Source: Eledone cirrhosa
Taxonomy: Eukaryota
Length of the DNA: 64,000 nt
NCBI GenBank assembly: GCA_964016885.1
Contig: OZ024740.1
Coordinates: 375,782,001 to 375,846,000, forward strand
Direction: 5' to 3'
Positions 1 to 13,894 of the stretch are shown piece by piece. The notes beneath the pieces were generated by a model. The model saw only the letters and a list, made by a program, of their open reading frames with translations, ran no database searches and had not been told where the DNA came from. The translations under genes and the position numbers were made by a program. Every line of letters starts with the position of its first letter. The first letter of the stretch is position 1.

Positions 1-405
1 CGGGAAATGCCTCTCCAATAACATTGTCTACAAATGTAAGGTTGAGACACCCACGTCACGTAGGGTCTACATAGGTGTAACCGTCAATAGCTCAATCAGC
101 GTATTTACATGCATACTCATTCTTTTTCTAACCCTTTAAGAAGGAATATGACGTCACTTTCAGCTTATATCTGCAGTTTAAAAGACAACCACACCCAATA
201 TAGGTTACACTGGGAGATCCTAGCTAAAGCTAGATCGTATAAGGGAGCTAAAAGACCATGTGACCTCTGTGCCACTGAAGCCCTGGAAATACTCTACGCC
301 AAAGACCACATCTTAAACAAAAAATCTGAGGAAATTTCGACTTGTAAACATAAATTGCACAACATTTTCCTGTATTACAGCCCCACTTTATACCCTAACG
401 GATAG
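1..405 (+). mobile_element. Penelope-like element (PLE) GIY-YIG endonuclease C-terminal fragment, frameshifted; its 3' UTR continues to ~1272
   Basis: Frame from nt 2 reads GKCLSNNIVYKCKV...RVYIGVT. ORF 109-405 has TSLSAYI..LK, WEIL, CDLC..E, LNKKSE..STCKHK. The UTR (~500-1240) recurs inverted at ~18240-18810. Confidence 0.85.
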
Positions 406-1272
406 TACGAACTATACGCGGATGATTTACATCTTGATGTGGTAGCTAAGTATATTTTATGTTTATACCATTACTTATGTGTATAGGTAAATATATATTA
501 CCTGTATGTTTTGTGAAGGTACGTATACTTTCTCGTACGTATATTTGCTTGTATTCTTATAGGCGTATATAATATATTATATATACTGGTATATGTTTAT
601 ATGGGTATGCGTATACGTGAGTTTTGCGTGTGTGTGTGTGTGTGTATGCGTGTTGCACATATGTAGGGTGTGTGTATATGTGCACTTTGTGTTTTGGTTG
701 ACGTGTGTTTAGCGAACATATGTGTATTTACATGTGGGTGCGTGTGTGCGCGCGTTATATACGCATTTATGTGTGTATATTTATATACGTTTATATAATT
801 ATATGTATACACGCACACGTACACACACATATATATATTATATATTTTTTTCTTTACATATGTTTTTTGTGTATTTGCTGTATACGTTCGTGTGTGTGCG
901 GGTGCAGGTGTTGCGTGGGGTTTTGTATGTGCGCGCGTAGTTTTGTGTACGTCCCTGTATTTGCATACCCATGGCGGGTGTTTCCGCGTATGCATGTGTA
1001 TGTACGTATATGGATGCGTGCATCTATATATTTAATTATTGTTGATTTCAATAACCTGTGTAATTTATTTACATTATTCTTAACTCCGAATCATTCGGTT
1101 TCCTAAATAGAATTTTAGTCTACGACTTCAGTTATACGTTGATCGTGGTTTTCTCCTTGCGTGTAATTGTTCTTATCGGTCCACATAATGATGTATTATC
1201 TTCGTTTTTTTTCGTTCATTGCCAGGGAACGTCTCCACGTACCACCTAATAGAATATTAATCTACGACTTCA

Positions 1273-3207
1273 TCTATATATATATGCAAGTTTACGAGTC
1301 TGTGTGTCCGCCTAAAACTAGCAAACAACCGGACCAAACTCCTCACAATTACATGTACATATTCACTATACATTCGGACAGATAACGGTCGAAAACTTTT
1401 ACTTTGCAAAGCAAGGAATTCATTTAAATTCAATTTGTCTTATTTTCTAAAGAATAGCAAAAGAGATCATCAATTTTGTTTTTTTATGTTCTCCAGTCTG
1501 TAGATAAGAGAGTGAAGGATGGGAGAGAGAAAGAGAGAGAGTAAGGGATGAGAGAGAAAGAGAGAGAGTGAGTGGATGGGAGAGAGAGAGTAAGGGGATG
1601 AGAGAGAAAGAGAGAGAGAGAGTGGATGGGAGAGAGAAAGAAAGAGAGTAAGGATTGCGTTAGAGAGTAGAAGATGGGAGATAGAGAGTAAGGGGATGTG
1701 AGAGGGAAAGAAAGAAAGTAAAGGGATGAGAGAGAAATACGATGAAAGAGAGAGGGGGAAAGTAACTAGCGTTGTTAACTTTTATGTATTTATTATTTTT
1801 ACACACTTCTTAACTCTCCCAATGTTATTTATCTTTTATTTGTTTTTTGTTTGCAATTCTGTAGAAAATGAGTGAGAGAAACTGATGGCCTCTCTAAGGT
1901 GGATGTAGTTATCTGACCTCAACTTAGTTTGAATACTTCGCAGAAAACCCAATCATTCTGTTTCCATTTTGGTATCCATGTCCACCATGAACTGGCTGGT
2001 TACTTCTTTGAATCGCAGAACTTGGTTGAAGTGATCACGTACCATGAAATGTTAAGCATAGAATTATTTTCAGCTGATTGATCGGCCAGTTTCTTGTCCC
2101 GTTCTTGGGCTGATCTGCCGTAGCTGAAAATCATATCCATCTTGACCATTCCAAAAGATGAACGGATATTGGAGTGAATCATAGGCTCTATGAGTTTCAC
2201 AAATTCCCTCCAAATGTCCACTTCGTTTTTGCAAAACAATGTCACGTCGTTCATGCTGTTCATCAACCATTATGATTGCAACTTCAACAGTGACAGGTGC
2301 ATTGAATCTGCGTTCATGTTCTGAAGCTGGGCGTTTGTCTGGCCTAATGATGATTTTACGATCTCTGGTGTTGTTCATATGCTCCAGTGCATATTTAAAT
2401 ACACCACATGGTGAAGCATTTCTTGTATCTTTATGACTATGTAGAAATGAAATCCACCATGGACATTAGTACATCTTTGTTGTGCCTGTGTTTCATTTCC
2501 ACCCATGAAGTAAGCCTGCACTAATTTGTGAGGCTCCTGTGAAAGTGGCAGAAGGCCACCCATTAAGTGGTAACACTGTCCCTGAATGTTATAACTTGTA
2601 CATTTTCAGCTACGGCAGATGAGCACGGGACAAGAAACTGGCACGGGACAAGAAACTGGCCGATCATTCAGCTGAAAATAATTCTATGTTTAACATTACA
2701 TGGTACGTGATCACTTCAACCAAGTTCTGTGATTCAAAGAAGTAACCAGCCAGTTCATGGTGGACATGAATGCCAAAATTGAAACAGAATGATTGGGTTT
2801 TCTGCGAAGGAATCAAACTAAGTTGAGGGCAGATAACTACATACACCTTAGAGATGCCATCAACTTCTCTCACTCATTCTCTACAGAATAGCAAACAAAA
2901 ATTAAATAAAAGATAAATAACATTGGGAGAGTTAAGAAGTGTGTAAAAATATAAATAGATAAAAGTTAACAACGCTGGTTACTTTCCCTCTCTCTCTCTT
3001 TCATCGTATTTCTCTCTCATCCCCTTACACTCTTTCTTTCTCTCTCATATCCCCTTACTCTCTCTCTCTCCCATCTCCCACTCACTCTCGCATCCCATAC
3101 TCTCTTTCTTTCTCTCACATCACCTTACTCTCTCTCTCTCTCTCCCATCCACTCACTCTCTCTCTCTTTATCTCTCATCCCTTACTCTCTCTCTTTCTCT
3201 CTCTTTA

Positions 3208-3251
<44 letters not shown>

Positions 3252-3450
3252 CCATATCTCACTGTCTTATTCATTAGAAAATAAGATACATTGAATTTAA
3301 ATGAATTCATTGCTTTACAAAGTAAAACCTTTTCGAACGTTACCTGTCCGAGAGTATCGTGAATATGTACATGTAATTTTGAGGAGTTTGGTCCGGTAGT
3401 TTGCTAGTTTTAGGCGGACACACAGAATCGTAAACTTGCATTTATATATA
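1273..3450. mobile_element. Fold-back Helitron derivative: ~830-bp inverted arms around a Rep fragment
   Basis: Starts A|TCTATATATATATGCAAG (Helitron 5' end). 1285-2102 is the reverse complement of ~2643-3450. The minus-strand loop encodes RPDKRPASEHERRFNAP..EVA and ETHRAYDSLQYP, homologous to the RepHel at 53.4-53.6 kb. Confidence 0.8.
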
Positions 3451-3831
3451 TACTACCCGGGTATTTTATGAAAGTTACAATATATTTGGCACACATTACA
3501 AAATATTTGACCGTTTAAATATGATTGCAGAATTTTAACCAAAGTAGGAATTATAGCAGAATATTTATTGCCGTTTGGTCAAAGTAAATCATCTAGATAA
3601 AAATATTTTTTTTTCCAGTGGTGATTTTTTTTAGTACTTCTCACTATTACACTCAGCATATATAATGCTTTACTCGCAGATTAATCATTAGGTATGTTGT
3701 CAGGGCATGACTTAAAAAATACATTTACATTTTCTTTGATTATCCTTTTCTGTCTCCTTTTTTTATTTTGCTCAATCTGAACTTTTGAAATTCAAACAAC
3801 ATGTAAAGAGTATTTTAAAAACCATAAACAA

Positions 3832-4216
3832 AATAATTGTTTCTACTTTTTGGCACAAAGCCAGCAATTACTCAGTACATTACTGGTACTTTATTTTATC
3901 GACCCCATAAGGATGAAAGGTAAAGTTAACCTCGGCGGGATTTGAACTCAAATAATAAAGGGACGTAACTCTATGTTTCAAAGCATGGCGTCCGACCCTC
4001 TACCGATACAGCCAATCCACCATAAAGAAAATAATTGTTTCTACTTCAGGCACAAGGCCAGCAATTGCCCAGTGCATTACTGATACTTTATTTTTTCGAC
4101 CCCGTAGAGATGAAAGGCAAAGTCAACCACGGCGGGATTTGAACTCAGATCGTAAAGGGATGTAACTATGCTGGAAAGCATGGCGTCCGACCCTCTAACG
4201 ATACTGCCAATCCACC
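3832..4216 (-). mobile_element. Two tandem tRNA-derived SINEs (~190 bp each)
   Basis: Minus strand has A-box-like TGGCAGTATCGG, B-box GAGTTCAAATCCC and tail AGTAGAAACAATTATT. Absent from the mirrored arm at ~12340. Confidence 0.85.
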
Positions 4217-4637
4217 ATAAATAAAATAATAACATATATTTAGCATTGGTTTATGATTGAATAAATATTTACTTACTCGTTTCTGTAATTCGGGGAAAGT
4301 GTATTTAAATGTGTACACTGTAGCTTTCACCAATCTTTGCCTCTATGGCAGTAGGATCTTGTTTGAGGGAGATTTGTTTTCTATTTCTATTAGCTATACC
4401 AACAGATATAGTGGCTCACATGACATACATAGATACATACATACACATGTATGTGTGTAAGACAGTTCCTTGTGATTTGAAATGGATTTTGCTAATATTT
4501 CTAGGAGATCGAGTTATCACATAGAACCATTTCTTTTTGCTTCATACATATATACATTTCCTGAGAAAGTAAGGTGGGATTTGAAGGAAATTTGGCTGTT
4601 ATTTCTACCCAACAAAGTCCTCACTTATACTACTTTA

Positions 4638-6806
4638 TATAGCAGAGGTACCCGGGAATTCCTGCATATTCTTCCAAAGTAACACCATGCAGTACATTTG
4701 CGGCTTCAGAATTCCTTGCAAACTACATGACTAAGGAATTAGAATCTGTGTGTATTGTCATTGAATAAGGAATTAGGACATTGCTCATTCCGAAGCCTCT
4801 GGATAAACAACATTCTTGGTTTGCCATGTGGTGCCACAATGAAGAGACAATCAGGGTTCCCAACCCTTGTTGTGCCATCATAGAATTGACCATGCGAAAA
4901 GACAGGATCTGCCAGATTCAACCCAACGACTTTCAATGATTGCCCTTGAAATGTATTAATGGTCATGGCAAAACTGAGCCTGATCGGAAATTGAAGTCTT
5001 TGAAATTCAAATGGCAAACAGTTGGCTTCAGAGGTATTCTGGGAATGAAACAATTGTCACCACAAAATTTTCCTGACATTGCAACTTCTAGAACATTGGA
5101 CATCATATTTTGATGATCAGTCTTGTGCCATTACAAAGAGGATCCAGATTACGAAGTAGCATAACCGATGCTCCAAGCTTCAGTATAAGGTTGTGTGGAG
5201 GAATTCCCGCTCGTTCAAGACTGTTCAAAAATTCAGTTGGATAGTTTACAACCTGGACTTGAGAAGTGATTGTGTCAACTGATGTGTAGCATATTTTCTC
5301 TCCCGGTAACATCTCCAGCAGCCTTCTGTTGATTTCTTTCACAGCAACATTTTTAGGTCCCAAGATTTCTCGTCCACAGAGCCATTTCGGATTACATTGC
5401 CTGGTCTGAATGGTTGGAAATACTCTGGCAATCAGTTCTTGTTCTGTGTCAATGATATAGCCAAATGACAACTGAATATGGTCATTGGAGTACTTTTCAA
5501 GCAGTCCATTTCCCAATTTAAGTAGTTGGATGGCAAACTCACTGACACCTTCGTCACCAGTTATGTGCACTCGCATGCTGGTTGTAGGGCTCAGCAGCTG
5601 AAAGCGGGGTCAGAGACAGGATGTTTTCACACAGTCATTGACCTGATCAGCTCGAGTCCTTCGAAGAATTACAGACAGAATTTGTCTGAAATCACCAGCA
5701 ATAACCATGGTCACGTCTCCCATTATGCAACTATTTTCTCTCAGATCCCTTATCGTCCGGTCCAAAGCTTCAATTGCTCCGTTATGGCTCATAGTAGCTT
5801 CATCCCAAATTATCATCTTGCATGTTTGCAGAAGCTTGCCCTTGGGCGAGTTCCTCTTGATGTTGTAAAATATTGTTCATGCCGTGTGAGATCTATGGGC
5901 AGCTTAAACATGGAGTGTGCAGTTCTTCCTTCATCCAGAAGTATTGCTAAAATGCCACTTGAAGCCACAGCAAGGGCAATATGTTGATTTTGGCGAAATG
6001 TTGCAAGCAGGAGTTTAAAGAGGAATGTCTTGCCTGTGCCAGCAGGAGTATCGATGAAAAAAAGTATATACAACCTCTATAGAAAAGGATATACAACTTC
6101 TATAAAAGCATCTGTGATTTCTTTTGACATATGTAGAAAATAAGCTTTGATGGTAACATACATCGTCAGCTAAAGAACGCCACCACCATAACACAAACAT
6201 GTTTGTGTAAATATATATATAAACGCGGACACACGTTAGGTAAAGTATGCCTCCTATCACCTTCCCTCTCTCCTGCCTCTTTACTCTTTTCTCTCTCTCA
6301 TCTTTACTCTTTTCTTATTGTGTTTTTCTCCCCATCCGCCTCACTCCCTTTCTCTTTCTCATCTCCTCTCTTTCTTTCTATCACTCATCCTCTACACAAT
6401 AGCAAACAAAAAATAAATAAAAGATAAATAACATTGGGGGAGTTAAGAAGTGTGTAAAAATAATAAATAAATAAAAGTTAATGAACACTAACTACTTTCC
6501 CGTTCTCTCTCCCATCCCATTACTCTCTCTCTTTTTATTTCTCTCTCACATAACCCCTCTCCCATACGGAATAGAGAACAAAAAATAAAGAAAAGATAAA
6601 TAACGTTAAGGAAGAGGGAGAGTTAAAAAGTGTGTAAAAATAATAGTTAAGAACACTGATTATTTTACCTCTCTCTCTTTCATCGTCTTTCTCTCTCATC
6701 CCCTTACTCTCTTTCTTTCTCTCTCACATATTCTTACTCTGTCTCTCTCTCGCCCACCTCCCACTCTCTCTATCATCCGTTACTCTCTTTCTCTCTCACA
6801 TCCCCT

Positions 6807-6846
<40 letters not shown>

Positions 6847-7190
6847 CTCACTCTCTCTCTTTCTTTCACATTGCCTTACTCTCTCTCCCATCTGCCACTC
6901 TCTCTCTTTCTCTCTCATCCCTTACTCTCTCTCTTTCTCTCTCCCATCCCTCACTCTCTTATCTCCAGAGTGGAGAACAAAAAAAAGCAAAATGGAATAT
7001 CTCTTTTGCTATTCTTTAGAAAATAAGACAAATTGAATTTAAATGAATTCCTTGCTTTGCAAAGTAAAAGTTTTCGACCGTTATCTGTCCGAGTGTATAG
7101 TGAATGTGTACATGTAATTTTGAGGAGTTTGGTGTAGTAGTTTGCTAGCTTTAGGCGGACACACCGAATCGTAAACTTGCATTTACATAT
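4638..7190 (-). mobile_element. Internally deleted Helitron with decayed PIF1-family helicase (4739-6073)
   Basis: Broken ORFs with PAGTGKT, GRTAHSMFKLP, IIWDEATM, GDFRQ, NYPTEFLNSL, LCNGTRL, FAMTIN..QGQS. The 5' subterminal sequence 6390-7190 matches 2880-3450. Confidence 0.9.
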
Positions 7191-7198
7191 TTAGAAAT

Positions 7199-10100
7199 AT
7201 GTTTCTTTATTAGCCACAGGGGCACAAAAAAAGGTGACAAATTCAAAGGGTGAAGTTTACATACAATAAAAACGTGTAAAATATTATCACAAATGCAATT
7301 GGAAAAGTTAATCGATTTTCCACAATACGGGGAGACATTTCACATGGGTAACACATAACCCCGAAAAAATGTGCAACCCTCATCTCCAGAAGTACGAAGA
7401 GTTTGTACCCCTTTCCTCTCTTCCTCCTTTTCCTCAAACTACAGGCTGATATAGAGAGAAGGCCCATTCACTCGGGCCATTCTCACCATATTCACCCACC
7501 TTTCATAAAACTTGCTGGGGTACAGCACCTCTCTCTCCATCCTGATTCTTCTTCCAAAGTGGTATTTGATAAGAAGAATCAGTTGTTGGCCGGAGAGAAA
7601 TGTGTCTGACCTCAGCTCTTTTAACCTCGCCCACCATACAACCTCTTTCCCCATAGCTATCACACAAAGGAAAACCGCCTCTCCTTCGTGTTTGAAGGAG
7701 GCTGGCGGTTTGATCATGACAATGGACTCGGTGGTCAACCGGATTGGTCCCACCCGCGACAATAGTCGTTCTACATAGCCCCACAGGTCGGTAACGCCCG
7801 CGCAGTGTATGAATGCGTGCGCAAGGGTTTCTTCGTCTCGCACGCATCTCGGACGGATCTTTTTCGAAGGGTCCCTGCCCGGGCGCCCATGTCTATAGAG
7901 CTTGTCTCGAACTGGTAGAGCTACTCTGTAGCACTGCCAGGCAAGGGACTTTGGAAGTTGTCCATCGGTCCCGGGTGGAAGGTCACGGAACAGACTGGCC
8001 AGTTCGTCTTCCTCTACGCCTATTGTTTCTCCGAGCGCGTCGTCGCACTTGCTGCAGATCAACCCTCTATAGAATGATTAAGTGGAGTCTCCACTGATCG
8101 CCGGGTCCTCCTGCCAGAGGCTGTGAGCGCCTGAGCACATTCGATGTGCCAGTCGCCCATTTTCCTCGGTCTTTGCTTGACCCAGGACTGGAGCTCGGTC
8201 AGCGACACGAGTCGTGGGAAGGCTTGCCTCACGAACGGGGCCCACACCGGTTGTCCGGTGAGGAATACGTACAGATGCCACAGCCTGAGTGCGTGTTTGC
8301 GTATCGTCAGCGCCGCATCCCCAGCCCTCCGTTGGAAGGGTTTTGGCAGGAGATGGATCTTATCACCAAAGGAGCCCGCTTCTTCCAAATGAATTGGAAG
8401 AGCGCGCGCTCCATTTTGGTGAGCGTTTTGGCTGGACAAGTCACGACGATCAAGCGGTAGTAGATGACGGACGCTATAAAAGTGTTCACCACCTCCGCTC
8501 GACCATTCAAGGATAGTTTGTACTCGGCCCACTGATGGGTGAGTGCACACACCTTGGCCGTCACCTCGTTCCAGTTTTTCTCCACCTGGAAGTCCGGACC
8601 AAACCAGACCCCGAGCAGCTTTACCGGTCCTTCCGTGCAGCGTCCGGCACACCATCGGAAGGCATCGGTTAGCCTCTCCACGAACCGAGTCGCAAACCGA
8701 TTCAGCTTCGCTCCTGTGAACCTTTCGTATTCCTTGAGAAAGGTGCCGACTTCCTTGATGTGCGAGGTGCTCGACACCTTTCGTAGGCCGACGCCGCTTT
8801 CTGCAATCCCAGTTCCAGAGGGCTGCCCTGCAATAGCTACAACTTCCGCAGTAGTGGTTCGAGAGTCAGTACGAACAGAATGGATGAGAGAGGGTATCCC
8901 TGTCGAATGGATCGCATGATATCGAACGGCGCTGAGAGATAGCCGTTCACCCTGCCCTTGAGAAGATGTTGCTGCTGTGCATTGCAGTATCCAGCCACTG
9001 AACAAGGTTCCGAAGCCTGCCGCCTCGAGCAGCGCATCCACGTAACGATGATCAACCCTATCGAAAGCCTTAGACTGATCGAAGTTGATCAGGGCCCCAC
9101 CGAAGCCGGGTTTACAACCATCCCCCTCTATGATGTATCGCATGAGGTGGAGGTTGTCGTGTATGTACCTGGTCGGGATTGTGCATGTCTGAGCTTCGCA
9201 CACCAGATTTTCGTTGACAAGCGCCTGCCTCTTTGCCAATACCTTGGCCAAAATCTGTAACTCTGTGTTATATCATCCCCCTTATTCTGGTCCTTCCTGA
9301 CTAGTGTGACTACGCCCCTGGTCACAGAACTGGGAGTTCTCCCATTCTGCTGCCAGTTGCAGTACACCGTTTCCTGGAGACCGGAGACAAGTGCGGCATT
9401 GCTACGTAAAATTCGTAGGGTAGACCGTCGAGACCAGGAGATTTGCGTTTGCCGCATTGTCTCAGCGCGTCCCCTATCTCAGCGGCTAAAATCGGTTTTT
9501 CGCATAACTTCGCCTCGCTTTCCGAGAGGCGCGGTAGGCCGTCGAGGTATGGACTGAAATCCATAGCCCCTCCCGGTACGCAGCCCTGCCCGAACAGCTG
9601 AGCAAAGTACCTCTGAAAGGCCGCGCATATCTGCTTCGGCTCACGTATCACGCGTCCGTCTTGGTCCTTTAAAGACCGAATCGTGGACTTGTTGCCGCTT
9701 TTTGCTTCCGTCATCCGGGCCCAGCTAACAGCTTTGGCTCCCTCGTTACCCAGAGCACGTATTTTGCTTCTGACAACGCAGCTCTCGTGCTTTGCGTCGA
9801 ATAACTTGTCCAAGGCCGTTCTTGTTGCTAGCACGCTGGCTAAGTTGCCACTTCTAATTGCCTCTTCTACTTTATCTATCAGTTCCTTCTCGGTCCTATT
9901 TCTATTTAAAGCTAATTATTTACTAAAAACTAACGAGTCTAATCTAACTGCTCTCTTGGGAGAGTACCACCATCTGTTGTTGACAATGGCCCCTGTCAAG
10001 TGCTGTTTAACTAAAGTGCTAATCCGTCTACTGTAGGCTTTGCGTGTCGGTAACGACAATTCAGCTCCCAGTAGCCGGGTTCTTGTATATGGGTTCTATC

Positions 10101-10252
10101 AAGTTTGACCATGCAGGACACTAGTTTGTGATCTGAATAGGCAACCATGAACATTTATGGACAGCTTGACATGTCCCTATCTTTATTTCTAATTAGAACC
10201 CTATCTAGGTACGATCTAGATGTTCCACTAGGATTAGTCCATGTCCACAGTG
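7199..10252 (-). mobile_element. 5'-truncated Tx1/L1-clade LINE ORF2 (end of APE, RT, C-terminal zinc finger), frameshifted
   Basis: KSPGLDGLPYEFY, DQSKAFDRVDH, IRQGYPLS, LLGVWFG, C..ETLAHAFIHC. The 3' end has AATAAAGAAAC. Probable target duplication GCATTTAyATAT at 7179-7190 and 10253-10264. Confidence 0.9.
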
Positions 10253-10334
10253 GCATTTATATATACATAGATAGATAGGTAGATAGATTGATAGATAGAT
10301 AGATTTACACACACATATGTGTGTGTGTATGAGG

Positions 10335-11039
10335 AGTGGGCGTTCTTTAGCAGACGATATATTTTACCATCAAAGCTTATTTTCTACATATGTCTAAAGA
10401 AATCACAAATGCTTTTATAGAAGTTGTATATATGTATGGATCTTAGGTGCGTCAGAGGAATGGAGTGCGCAACATACCAAGATGCATGTAAACAGCATGG
10501 ACTGCTGCATGACAATGGGCACTGGAAGGAGTGCCTAGAAGAAGCAGCAATCACTCAAGACTGATCATCAAAAATATGATGATCAAAAAGTGTTCTAGAA
10601 GTTGCAATCATGTCTAGAAAATTTGATGGTGACAATTGTTTCATTCCCAGAATACCTGTGAAGCCGATTCATTTGCCATTTGAATTTCAAAGACTTCAAT
10701 TTCCGATCAGGCTCAGTTTTGCCATGACGATTAATAAATCTTAAGGCCAATCATTGAAGTCGTTGGGTTGAATCTGCAGATCCTGTCTTTTCACGTGGTC
10801 AACTCGTTGTTGGCACAACAAGGGTTGGGAACACAGATTGTGGTACCACATGGCAAAACCAAGAATGTTGTTTATCCAGAGGCTTTGGAATGAGCAATGT
10901 CCTAATTCCTCGTTCAATGACAATACATACAGATTCTAATTCCTTAGTCATGTAGTTTGCAACGAATTCTGAAGCCGCAAATTTACTGCATGGTGTTACG
11001 TTGGAAGATTATGCAGGAATTCCCGGTTACCTATGCTAT
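10335..11039 (+). mobile_element. Deleted Helitron copy, head-to-head with 4638-7190
   Basis: 10340-10430 is the reverse complement of 6088-6180. It encodes TYQDACKQHGLLHDNGHWKECLEEAA. 10555-11039 mirrors 4638-5125. Confidence 0.8.
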
Positions 11040-11432
11040 ATAAAGTAGTATAAGTGAGGACTTTGTTGGGTAGAAATAGCAGCCACATTTCCTTCAAATC
11101 CCACCTTACTTTCACAGGTATGTATATATGTATGAAGCAAAAAGGAATGGTTCTATGTGATAAATCGATGTACTAGAAATATTAGCAAAATCCATTTAAA
11201 ATCACAAACAACAGTCTTACGCACATACATGTGTGTTTATGTATCTATGAATGTCATGTGCGCCACTATAACTGTTGGTATAGCTAATAGAAATAGAAAA
11301 CACATCTCCCTCAAACAAGATCCTACTGCTATAGATGCAAAGTTAGGTGAAAGCTACAGTGTACAAATTTAAATACACTTTCCCCGAATTACAGAAATGA
11401 GTAAGTAAATGCTTCATTTAATCATAAACCAA

Positions 11433-12326
11433 TCTCTATATATAAAACTGTGGTTGTCTGTCTGTCTATCGATTTTTGGCACACATCTCCTCTTAGAATC
11501 TCTCACGGAATTGCACCGAAATTGCTATACTTGTACATTGAGCCCTAGCGAAGACATCGGAAAAAAAATAATTTCAAATTGACCCACCCTATGTGACGAA
11601 ATCGAATATAATGTATCGATTTTTGAGCGTAAGTGATCAGTTATTTCCCTTTGTTCTGTTTACATTGAGCGTCTGCGTGCAAAAATTAAAAAAATTACGC
11701 TGGCTTTCTCAGCGTTTAAAATGACATTAACACAATACACGATTTAAAGACTACGTAAAACAAGCCTTTTAAAACAATATTTTTACTTGAAAACAAGTCT
11801 ATTTAAAAACTACTTAAAACAAGCAAATATTTCGTAAAAAAAAGCAAAAATTATATAAGTTTATATAAAATATATGTATCTGTAAATTTCGTTAGGCGTG
11901 CAGACAGACAGTCGTGCAGAGAGGTGATATAGGCGTGCAGACAGATAGTCGTGCAGAGAGGTGATATAGGCGTGCAGACATACAGTCGTGCAGAGAGGTG
12001 ATATAGGCGTGCAGACAGACATAACTGATAATTTGGTTACGCTAATGTTTTTCTCTGCGTTGCAGTGTTTACATTTTCGATCTTTGTTAATAAATAACCA
12101 GTGCAGTTTCTATCCCCAGCATCCTCTTTTGTTATAACATTCGGGTTATCGTTATGTTTTCTTAACTTCATAAGGCATATTGTTGGTTGAGGGAATATTA
12201 ATCAAAAACACCACATGCAAGTCTGCACAGTAGACACTACAGTTTTTAAGCCAAGAAAGAAACTTAACATTGTAACTTTAACACAGCTACTGAGCGACCC
12301 CGAGCAACGCCGGGCTTTACTGCTAG
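11433..12326 (+). mobile_element. Complete non-autonomous Helitron (894 bp)
   Basis: 5' TC, subterminal hairpin CCCGAGCAACGCCGGG, 3' CTAG. Inserted between A and T with no TSD; the empty site is visible at ~4241-4253. Confidence 0.93.
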
Positions 12327-13828
12327 TGCTAAATATATTTTCTTATTTTATTTATGGTTTTTAAAATAGTCTTTACAACTTGTTTGAATTTCAGAGATTC
12401 AGATTGAGCAAAAAAAAAAGAAAAAGAATAGGATAAATTAAAAAAATCTAAATGTATTTTTTGGGGCATGTCCTTTTCACTGATAAAATAGCTAATGATT
12501 CATCTATGAGTAAAGCATTATATATGCTGACTGAATTAGGGAGCAGTATTCAAAAAGACACCACTGGAAATAATATGTTTATCTAGATGATTTATTTTGA
12601 CCAAACGGCAATAAATATTCTGTTATAATTCCTACTTTGGCGAAAATTCAGCAATCATATTTGAATGGTCAAATATTTTGTAATGTGTGCCAAATATATT
12701 GTAACTTTCATAAACTAGCTGAGCTACCCGGGTATCACCCTTCAAATGCTTATAATGAACTTGGCAATATATTGTCAATTAATTTTTGAAGGGTTGATCT
12801 CTGTGGTTGATTTGCGGGGCATACTGTGTTTTATTTTTAATATTTTTTTATTTTTTGATATTTTTATTGATATATTGATATCTGTTGTCTATTTATGCTT
12901 GAACGATAATCATGTAGAGTAAAGACAAGAATAGTATTGTTAAAATTAATGTGTGTATGTACACATATATGTATACTAGATTTTTTATAGCACAATGAGA
13001 ATGTTTTCATGTGAAATAGGAATTTGCAGTGTTGATCACGTAAATTCACATGGAAGTCTATAGTATCGAATCTGGGATAACCTTCTATTCTCTTTTTCTT
13101 TTTCTTTTTTCATGAAAGTGCATATATACTTATGTATTTCAATTTTTTTTGAAGTTTTTTATCTCAGTTTTTTATCTCAGTTTTTTTATCTCAGTTTTTT
13201 TTTATCTCAGTTTTTTTTGCTCAACTCTGATATAAACCTAGGAATTTTAAACTAGACATATGATCATTATTTTTCACACATTATTGATACGTGTCTCATT
13301 CATGAATACTGATATTTACATTATAATACCTAATTCATACGAATTGATATTTTTACATTGATGAAACATAATGTTTTAAATCTGCCTCGTTTATGTCTGG
13401 ATATTTTTCTTTTCTCTCTATGTAACGGCTGTTTTCTCTCCTAACCACATATATCTCTCTCTACCTTAATACTAGAACTAAATAAATAAATAAATAAATA
13501 AATATATAATTGATACGTCATTCAACTGGTGCCCAACTACCTATTTTCTTTCTCTCTATCTCTATCTCTATCTATCTCTCTCTATTTTTTTCTCTCTCTC
13601 TCTCTTCTCTCTCTCTCTCTATCTATCTCCCTCTGTGTTTTTTCTCTCTCTATCTATCTCTCTATATCTATCTCTCTCTATTTAGTTGCATGCATTTCTT
13701 CTTTTTCTTCGCTTTTTTTCTTTCTTTCTTTTTATAACTGTCCCTAACATTTTTCACTACCAAATCAACTTTTTAAATGGAAGTTTAAGGTATATCAAAT
13801 CTATCTATTTATAAGACTGTTTATATTG

Positions 13829-13894
13829 TATTTTGTCTGAAGAAGGCATACCATATTTTTAATATGATATCCCTGAAATATATATAATGAAATA
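13829..13894 (+). ncRNA. Minimal type I hammerhead ribozyme
   Basis: TATTTTGT-CTGAAGA-stem II (AGGCATACCATATT/AATATGATATCCCT)-GAAA-TATATA-TA-ATGAAATA. Confidence 0.75.

Noticed and set aside
597-1106. Overlapping ORFs of 60-133 aa, and similar HTHT/CVCV/YIYI ORFs throughout
   Set aside because: They derive from dinucleotide microsatellites lacking stops and have no domain motifs.
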